A DNA stretch of 62,796 bases from Kiritimatiellia bacterium (GTDB lineage Bacteria > Verrucomicrobiota > Kiritimatiellia > RFP12 > UBA1067): contig JAKSOW010000002.1 of assembly GCA_024405395.1 (NCBI GenBank), positions 1-62,796 of the forward strand, written 5' to 3'. Below are positions 7,724 to 13,819 of the stretch, piece by piece (the stretch's first letter is position 1; the number at the start of each line of letters is the position of its first letter). The notes below the pieces were generated by a model that saw only the letters and a list, made by a program, of their open reading frames with translations, made no database searches and was not told the origin of the DNA. The position numbers and the translations under genes were made by a program.

Positions 7724-10159
7724 ATGAAGCTTCCTCTTTCCTGGCTTAACGAATACATCGACGTTTCCGACATCGCACCTGCGGACCTGGCTGAGCGCCT
7801 CACGCGCAGCGGGCTTCAGGTCGAGGCGATTGAAACGGTCGGTGCCGAACCGCTTTCCGATTCCTTCGTTGTGGGCGAAGTGCTTACCTGCGAAGTGATT
7901 GAGGGCACGCATCTGCACAAGACCACCGTCACTGACGGCACGGAGACCGTGCAGGTGGTCTGTGGCGCGCCGAACTGTCGTGCGGGCCTCAAGAGCGTGC
8001 TCGCCAAGATCGGCGCCGTGGTGCCGGAGGGCGGGTTCAAGATCAAGAAGGGCAAGCTGCGTGGCGTCGAATCGCTGGGCATGCTCTGCAGTTCCCGGGA
8101 GCTTGCGTTGCCGGGCGGCACGCATGAGGGCATCATCGAGCTGCCGGCCGACACGAAGGTCGGCGCGCTGGCGCGTGATGTGTTGGGCGGCGAGAAGCCT
8201 GAGACGGTCTTTGAGATCGAAGTGACCTGGAACCGTCCCGATGCGCTGTCGGTGATTGGTCTCGCCCGCGAGTTCTCGGCGGTGCTCAAGCGCCCGATGA
8301 AGATGCCGGCGGTGGATTTCGTCGAGTCCGACACGGATGTCAACGACGAGGTCAAGGTTGTGGTGGAGGACTCGGTTCGCTGCCCGCGCTACACGGCACG
8401 CGTCATCACCTCTGTGAAGGACGGTCCCTCGCCTGATTTCATGCGTCGTCGTCTGGAGGCGTCTGGTGTGCGTTCGCTCGGTCTTCTTGTCGACGTCACG
8501 AACTACGTGATGCTGGAGCTCGGGCAGCCGATGCATGCCTTCGACTACCGCACGCTGGCGGGGCGCACCATTGTCGTGCGCGATGCCAAGCCCGGCGAGA
8601 CGATGAAGACGCTGGACGGCGTGGAACGCAAATTCACCCCCGACATGCTGCTCATCTGCGACGCCGAGAAGGCCAGTGCCGTGGCCGGCGTCATGGGCGG
8701 CGAACAGAGCGAGATTGCCGCAGGCACGGACCATGTGCTGCTGGAGAGCGCACTCTTCGATCCCGCCTCCACCAAGGACACGGCGACGGCGCTTGACCTT
8801 TCGACTGAAGCCGCCTATCGCTACATCCGCGGCGTGGACAAGGATCTTGCCGACTTCGCCTCCCGTCGTGCCGCCCACCTGCTGCAGAAATACGGTGCGG
8901 CCGTGGTCGCCAAAGGCGTGGTTGACGTCGACAACCGCGTGCAGCCCCTCAACGGCGACGTCTCGCTCGACTTTGAGCGTGCGCGCAAGCTCATCGGCAT
9001 TCCCGTGGGCAATGACGCCATGGTTTATCTGCTTGAGTCGCTGGGCCTCGTGTGCCGCGAAAAGGGTCCCTACGCCGCAAAGGCGTCGGTGATCTTCGGC
9101 ATTCCCTCCTGGCGCTGGGATCTCACCCTGGAGGCGGATCTCGTCGAGGAAATCGCGCGTCTTTACGGGCTCGACAACATTCCCGACACGATGCCCTCCG
9201 CGCCGAGCGTCTCCTCTCTTTCGGACGCGCCTTTCCGTGCGAAGAACAAGGTGCGTGCCACCTGCCTCGCGCTGGGCTTCACCGAGGCGATGCACTACTC
9301 GTTCCTGTCGCAGGGCGGGCTGGGCGCGTGCGACGCGCGTACGACGGGGACGCGGCTGGCGCGGCCGGATCCCGTTTCGGCCGAGTACGGCGTGTTGCGC
9401 GACTCTCTGATGCCGCAGCTCTATGGTTCGCTCGGTCGCAATGCCTCGCATCAGATCGAGGCCGCCAAGCTCTTCGAGCTCGGTCGCGTGTTTGGCCGCG
9501 ACGCCAACGGCCGCCCCTGCGAAAGCGAAAAGCTCTCGCTCGGTTTCTTCGGTCCTGTGGGGCGTGACGCCCTTGACCGCCGTCGTGCGGTCACGGCCGA
9601 GGAGGCGTTGCTGTGGATGAAGGGTGCGCTGCTGCAGCTGACGCAGCGTCTGCACGTGGGCAAGCTGATGTTCCGTCCGCTCGCCGACCATCCGGCGTTC
9701 GAGGCCGCGTTGGAGCTCGTCGTCAACGGGCGTCCTGCGGGCGTGTGCGGCGTCGTGTCCCAGAAGCTGCGCCATCCGTTCCGCCTCACCACGCAGATGG
9801 CGCTGGCGGAGATCGACGTGGCTGCCATCGTGCAGCGCGTGGATGCGGCCGGCAAGGCCCAGGCGGTGCCGGCGTTCCCGATGGTGCGCCGCGACTTCTC
9901 CTTCGTGGCGGGCCCCGAGGTCACGCACGAGGCCGTCGAGAAGTGCATCCGCAAGGCCGCCCCCAAGGAACTGGTGGCCATTGATCTCTTTGACATCTAT
10001 TCGTCCAAGGAACTCGGCAAGGGGCGCCGCAGCTTCGCCTACAAGCTGGCTTTCCGCGCCCCCGACCGTACGCTGACGGACGATGAGGTGAATCGGGCCT
10101 TCGCCAAGGTCCTGGATGCGCTGCGCACCCAGATCAAGGTGGAAGTGCGCGATTCGTAA
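7724..10159 (+). CDS. pheT: phenylalanine--tRNA ligase beta subunit
   Basis: 811 aa. The N-terminus MKLPLSWLNEYIDV is the canonical PheT start. The length is typical of PheT, and the C-terminal segment RRDFSFVAG...SFAYKLAFRAPDRTLTDDEV has the typical ending. Confidence 0.95.
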   Translation: MKLPLSWLNEYIDVSDIAPADLAERLTRSGLQVEAIETVGAEPLSDSFVVGEVLTCEVIEGTHLHKTTVTDGTETVQVVCGAPNCRAGLKSVLAKIGAVVPEGGFKIKKGKLRGVESLGMLCSSRELALPGGTHEGIIELPADTKVGALARDVLGGEKPETVFEIEVTWNRPDALSVIGLAREFSAVLKRPMKMPAVDFVESDTDVNDEVKVVVEDSVRCPRYTARVITSVKDGPSPDFMRRRLEASGVRSLGLLVDVTNYVMLELGQPMHAFDYRTLAGRTIVVRDAKPGETMKTLDGVERKFTPDMLLICDAEKASAVAGVMGGEQSEIAAGTDHVLLESALFDPASTKDTATALDLSTEAAYRYIRGVDKDLADFASRRAAHLLQKYGAAVVAKGVVDVDNRVQPLNGDVSLDFERARKLIGIPVGNDAMVYLLESLGLVCREKGPYAAKASVIFGIPSWRWDLTLEADLVEEIARLYGLDNIPDTMPSAPSVSSLSDAPFRAKNKVRATCLALGFTEAMHYSFLSQGGLGACDARTTGTRLARPDPVSAEYGVLRDSLMPQLYGSLGRNASHQIEAAKLFELGRVFGRDANGRPCESEKLSLGFFGPVGRDALDRRRAVTAEEALLWMKGALLQLTQRLHVGKLMFRPLADHPAFEAALELVVNGRPAGVCGVVSQKLRHPFRLTTQMALAEIDVAAIVQRVDAAGKAQAVPAFPMVRRDFSFVAGPEVTHEAVEKCIRKAAPKELVAIDLFDIYSSKELGKGRRSFAYKLAFRAPDRTLTDDEVNRAFAKVLDALRTQIKVEVRDS

Positions 10160-10168
10160 ACGACGTGG

Positions 10169-10323
10169 GCTCTGGACTGCACGCGGATTCGGCAGTAAAT
10201 TTCTCCGACCTTCATTTTCGTAAGGGAGCCTGAATGCGGCTAGCTGTGGCGAACCGACTAGGGCACCCGCTTGGGACATGAGGTCCCGGGGATTCTGTAC
10301 TACGGCAGTTCGGGGCTTTTTTT
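10169..10323 (+). other. candidate structured RNA or long-stem terminator between pheT and the methyltransferase gene
   Basis: The 12-nt segment 10169-10180 (GCTCTGGACTGC) can pair fully with 10305-10316 (GCAGTTCGGGGC; 9 Watson-Crick plus 3 G-U pairs). A T7 run follows at 10317-10323. There is an internal 8-bp hairpin at 10270-10290. No family recognised. Confidence 0.25.
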
Positions 10324-10336
10324 AAGACAGAAAAAC

Positions 10337-11197
10337 ATGACAGAACTCACCTCGCCCGCCAACCCTAAGATCAAGTATGTCGTCAAGCTCCGCACGTGCT
10401 CCGTGCGCGAGGAGACGGGCGAGATGATTGTCGAGGGATTCCGCGAATGCCGTCGCGCGCTCGACAACGGCTATCGGCCGCATGCGGTCTTCTTCTGTCC
10501 GGAGCTCTATCTCAAGAACGAGAACGAGCCTGGCCTGGTGGCGGATTGCGAGAAGCGCGGGGCGGAAGTGTTCCGGTGCGCGAAGAACGCATTCCTCAAG
10601 ATGGCCTACAAGGACCGCCCGGACGGGCTGCTGATGGTTGGTCCGCATGTGGCCAAGCATCTGGAGGGCCTGCAGCTGCCGCCCAATGCCCTGGTGATTG
10701 TCACCGAGGCAATCGAAAAGCCCGGCAATCTCGGCACCATTCTCCGTTCGGCGGATGCCGCCAAGGCCGCGGCCGTGATTGTGTGCGACCGCACGACCGA
10801 CGTGCACAACCCGAATGTCGTGCGCGCTTCGACGGGCACGATGTTCTCCGTGCCGATCATCGAGGCGTCATCCGATGAAGCCCTGGCCTGGCTCAAGGCC
10901 CACGGCTTCAAGATCCTTGCCGCCACGCCGCATGCCGAGAAGCTGCACTTTGAGGTTGATCTGACGGGGAATGTGGCTCTTGCTGTGGGGGCCGAGCAAT
11001 ACGGGCTCACGGCGAAGTGGATGGACAATGCGGATCTGCGCGTGCGCATCCCGATGCTGGGACTGGCCGACTCGCTCAACGTCTCCGCCGCCACCACGAT
11101 TCTCGTTTATGAGGCCGTGCGCCAGCGCATTGCCGCCGGAATCGACCAGGTGCCCGCTTTTGTTCCCTGGCACGGCGAAGGCCGCCACGATCATTGA
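10337..11197 (+). CDS. TrmH/SpoU-family RNA 2'-O-methyltransferase
   Basis: SpoU motifs EKPGNLGTILRSADAAKAAAVIV and IPMLGLADSLNVSAATTILVYE. The ATG at 10337 follows the T-run, whereas the TTG at 10271 would read through the hairpin and T-run. Confidence 0.85.
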   Translation: MTELTSPANPKIKYVVKLRTCSVREETGEMIVEGFRECRRALDNGYRPHAVFFCPELYLKNENEPGLVADCEKRGAEVFRCAKNAFLKMAYKDRPDGLLMVGPHVAKHLEGLQLPPNALVIVTEAIEKPGNLGTILRSADAAKAAAVIVCDRTTDVHNPNVVRASTGTMFSVPIIEASSDEALAWLKAHGFKILAATPHAEKLHFEVDLTGNVALAVGAEQYGLTAKWMDNADLRVRIPMLGLADSLNVSAATTILVYEAVRQRIAAGIDQVPAFVPWHGEGRHDH

Positions 11198-11211
11198 GAA
11201 AGGACTGAATT

Positions 11212-13113
11212 ATGATTCGTACCACTATCCTGGCGGGCCTGGCGCTCGCCTCCTGGACCATATTTGCCGGCAAGCCCGTTGAACTGGTGAATTCCGCATT
11301 TGAGCAGGTGGATGCGAAGGGCGTGCCGGTGGGCTGGAGCAGACACGCCAACTGGCATGCGGAGCGGGCGGGGCATAATGGGTCCGGCGGTTATGTCTAT
11401 ACATGCACCAATGCGGCGATGTGGCGCGGGGGGCGTCCACATCAGGATGTGAAGCTTACGCCCGGCAAGCGTTACCTGTTCTCCGCGCTCGTGAAGGCCG
11501 ATGGTCTGAAGACCGAGCGCTCGGCGCACGGCATCGGCCTCTACATCGAGGGGTGGAACGCCTCGAACAAGTGGGTGTGGGGGGCGCAGTCAAAGCCCAT
11601 GGTCAACGGCAGGAGCCGCGATTGGGTGAAGGTGCAGGGCCTTACGCGCGAAGTGCCGGACGACCTGGTGCGGGCCCAGATCCAGCCGTATGTGAACGGC
11701 AAGGGGATGGGACGCGCCATCATCGACAATGTCTATCTCGAGGAGTTCGAAATGCAGCCCGTTGAAGGGGTGTACGCCGACAAGTATCGCCACGAGGCCG
11801 TTTCCGGCAATGTCACCTTTCATGCGGTCATCAACACGGACCTTCATGCGAATCTGCTTACGGACTATTCCGCCGTCTTCACCTATGTGGGCGCGGATGG
11901 TGCTGCGAAGACGGTTCCGGGGCAGGTGGCCTCTGGTACGCATGCCTGTGTGACGCTGCCGGCCGCCGAACTCGCGGAGGGGACCAATGAAGTGGTGTGC
12001 GCATTGTCCCTCAAAGGACAGGAACTCGGCCGTGGCGCGTGCCGTTTCGCCCGTCTTGCCGCGCCGACGCCGCGTCGAGTATACATCGACGAGTTCCGCC
12101 GCACGATTGTGGATGGCAAGCCGTTCTTCCCGCTGGGCATGTACTTCCGCCAGGTCACGGCTTCCAATCTCGCGCACTACTGCGAGGCGCCGTTCAACGT
12201 TCTGATGCCGTACAAGCGTCCAGAAAAGGCCGAATTCGATCTCTGCGCCGACCATGGCCTCAAGGTGATCTACAATCTACAGGGGTGTTTCCACGAAAAG
12301 GACGCCGGCAAGGCGTGGATGACGGCGCGCATCGCAGAATTCAAGGACCATCCTGCGCTGCTTGCCTGGTACACCAATGACGAGAAGCCCCTTACCGACA
12401 TCCCGCGCCTCACGATGCGCCAGCAGTGGGTGGAGGAGCTGGACAAGGATCACCCCACCTGGAGCGTGCAGGACGTCTACACGGAACTCGCCCACTATCT
12501 GCCCACCTACGACGTGCTCGGCATGGATCCCTATCCGATCGGACGGAAAATGCCCATCGGCCGCTGCATCTACACGATGCGCCAGAGCGACAAGGATGCC
12601 TTCGGCATGCGCGCCGTGTGGCATGTGCCGCAGGCCTTTGGCTGGAACTGGCTCAACCGCAGGGAGACGGCGAAGATGGTGTGCCCTACGCGCGAGGAGC
12701 TGGAGAACATGAGCTGGCAGGCGATTGCCGGCGGCGCGAATGGACTCGTCTACTATGCCTATCACCACATTGTGGAACCCCGCGCCACGAAGAACAACGA
12801 TGACGAATTCACCTGGGGTGACATGTGCGCGATTGCCCGTGACATCAAGAAATACGAGGATGTGCTGTTGGCCAAGCCCGGAATCGTGGTGGAAGGCGCG
12901 ACGGACGAATTGGCTGTGCGCACTTGGCGCAAGGATGGGGCAGACTACATGCTGATCGTCAACTGCACGGTCGAACGGCAGCAGGCGACGTTGCGGCTCT
13001 CGCGGAAGATTGGTGACGTGTCGGCCGATCTGGGTCCTGCGCCGAAGGTTAATGGCGATAGACTTGAAGTGGATTTCCCGCCGATGGCCTACACGATGCT
13101 GAAGCTGATGTAA
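11212..13113 (+). CDS. secreted glycoside-hydrolase-like protein (N-terminal CBM-like module plus TIM-barrel-like domain)
   Basis: Signal peptide MIRTTILAGLALASWTIFA. NSAFEQVDAKGVPVGWS is a CBM4/9-like opening. GKPFFPLGMYF and HPALLAWYTNDE are typical of GH42/GH5-like barrels. The family is not resolved. Confidence 0.5.
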   Translation: MIRTTILAGLALASWTIFAGKPVELVNSAFEQVDAKGVPVGWSRHANWHAERAGHNGSGGYVYTCTNAAMWRGGRPHQDVKLTPGKRYLFSALVKADGLKTERSAHGIGLYIEGWNASNKWVWGAQSKPMVNGRSRDWVKVQGLTREVPDDLVRAQIQPYVNGKGMGRAIIDNVYLEEFEMQPVEGVYADKYRHEAVSGNVTFHAVINTDLHANLLTDYSAVFTYVGADGAAKTVPGQVASGTHACVTLPAAELAEGTNEVVCALSLKGQELGRGACRFARLAAPTPRRVYIDEFRRTIVDGKPFFPLGMYFRQVTASNLAHYCEAPFNVLMPYKRPEKAEFDLCADHGLKVIYNLQGCFHEKDAGKAWMTARIAEFKDHPALLAWYTNDEKPLTDIPRLTMRQQWVEELDKDHPTWSVQDVYTELAHYLPTYDVLGMDPYPIGRKMPIGRCIYTMRQSDKDAFGMRAVWHVPQAFGWNWLNRRETAKMVCPTREELENMSWQAIAGGANGLVYYAYHHIVEPRATKNNDDEFTWGDMCAIARDIKKYEDVLLAKPGIVVEGATDELAVRTWRKDGADYMLIVNCTVERQQATLRLSRKIGDVSADLGPAPKVNGDRLEVDFPPMAYTMLKLM

Positions 13114-13177
13114 GGTTCGACGGTCGCCTCCGGTCTCCGTCCCTGTTTGCCGCCCCCACGCGGGGACGTTCCCGTCC

Positions 13178-13329
13178 GTACCGTCGATTCGTTCTGGCGT
13201 ACAGTCGAATCGTGTGGTTGGTACAGTCGAATCGTTCAGTGCCTACCGCCGATTTGTGATTGCTCAACCATTCGTCGATGATTCGTCAACCACTCGCCAC
13301 GAGAAACTCAACCACTCACCCTGATTTCG
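13178..13329. repeat. seven contiguous 21-22-bp direct repeat units (iteron-like, two helical turns per unit)
   Basis: Units start at 13178, 13199, 13221, 13242, 13264, 13286 and 13308. Units 1-3 share GTAC(C/A)GTCGA(T/A)TCGT and units 5-7 share TCAACCA(T/C)TC. Unit 5 also contains TCGTCGATGATTCG. Confidence 0.75.
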
Positions 13330-13443
13330 TTGGGAATTGCCCCCGCCAGGCAGGAGATTTCCAGCCTTCAAGGCTTCAAGAGGGGGTTGTGCGAGGGGGT
13401 GTTTTTTTCGGGTGGGAGGCAGGGGGCTTGAAGTGTTGAAGAG

Positions 13444-13504
13444 TTATATATAAATATATATATTATATATTATTAGTTGATATATAGACAAAACATTGAT
13501 ATTT
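13444..13504. other. extreme AT island (DNA-unwinding-element-like) in a GC-rich genome
   Basis: 32 consecutive A/T bases (13444-13475) built from short (TA)n tracts. 55 of 61 bases are A/T across 13444-13504. Confidence 0.9.
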
Positions 13505-13551
13505 GGGTTTCAAAGGCTTCAAAATCAAGCGTTGAAGTGTCTTGAAGAATC

Positions 13552-13598
13552 TTGAAGTCTTACCCCAAAAACAGCCCCAAAATGGGGCAAGACTTCAA
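13552..13598. repeat. 47-bp imperfect palindrome (15-bp arms, 1 mismatch, 17-nt loop)
   Basis: TTGAAGTCTTACCCC (13552-13566) versus GGGGCAAGACTTCAA (13584-13598). The loop itself contains CCCCAAAATGGGG. Confidence 0.8.
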
Positions 13599-13723
13599 AG
13601 TGCTTGAAGTGTTCAGAGAGGATGGTCTTGAAGACTTCTGCTACCTGACATGACACGGCGAAGATTCTTGGGTGAGTGAAGGGGAAATCTCTAGGAACAA
13701 TGGAATTTTCTCAAATTTTATAA

Positions 13724-13753
13724 TTGCAAAAATCAGACTGGAAAAGGTATAAT
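13724..13753 (+). promoter_or_regulatory. candidate sigma-70 promoter for the giant-gene trio
   Basis: TTGCAA (13724-13729), 18-nt spacer, TATAAT (13748-13753), 67 nt upstream of the ATG at 13820. Confidence 0.4.
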
Positions 13754-13819
13754 GTTTGACCATCATATCTGGGATTGACAGAAGAAATCAATACGACAAT
13801 TAGGCAACGATTTGCAGAA

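Larger units (their letters stand above)
13366..13633. repeat. cluster of 11 CTTGAAG / CTTCAAG-type heptamers in both orientations
   Basis: (C/G)TTGAAG at 13427, 13435, 13531, 13541, 13551, 13603 and 13627. The complement CTTCAA(G/A) at 13366, 13374, 13517 and 13593. The 12-mer GCTTGAAGTGTT occurs at 13426 and 13602. Confidence 0.85.

Noticed and set aside
7700-10279. 859-aa minus-strand ORF antisense to pheT
   Set aside because: The + strand encodes an unmistakable PheT. The antisense translation is Arg/His/Gly-rich with no motifs, which is typical of shadow ORFs in GC-rich DNA.
13049-13267. 72-aa minus-strand ORF spanning the hydrolase gene end and the repeat array
   Set aside because: It has a TTG start inside the repeat units and an Arg-rich product, and it overlaps the 3' end of a well-supported + strand gene.
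13178-13329. CRISPR array interpretation of the 21-22-bp repeats
   Set aside because: The units are contiguous with no unique spacers, are degenerate and fall into two sub-families, and no cas genes are present.
13401-13409. T7 run at 13402-13408 as an intrinsic terminator for the 11212-13113 gene
   Set aside because: There is no compact GC-rich hairpin immediately upstream. The nearest complementary C-run is about 50 nt away. It is more likely part of the G-tract/T-tract regulatory block.
13582-13653. 23-codon ORF (MGQDFKVLEVFREDGLEDFCYLT) inside the heptamer cluster
   Set aside because: It has no ribosome-binding site. Its sequence is simply the translation of the CTTGAAG repeats. It is too short to support.
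13114-13819. Chromosomal oriC
   Set aside because: I could find no DnaA-box-like 9-mers (TTATCCACA or near variants). No dnaA, dnaN or gidA-type neighbours are present, and genes on both sides run in the same direction rather than diverging. Only the weaker iteron-type or regulatory hypotheses are retained as findings.
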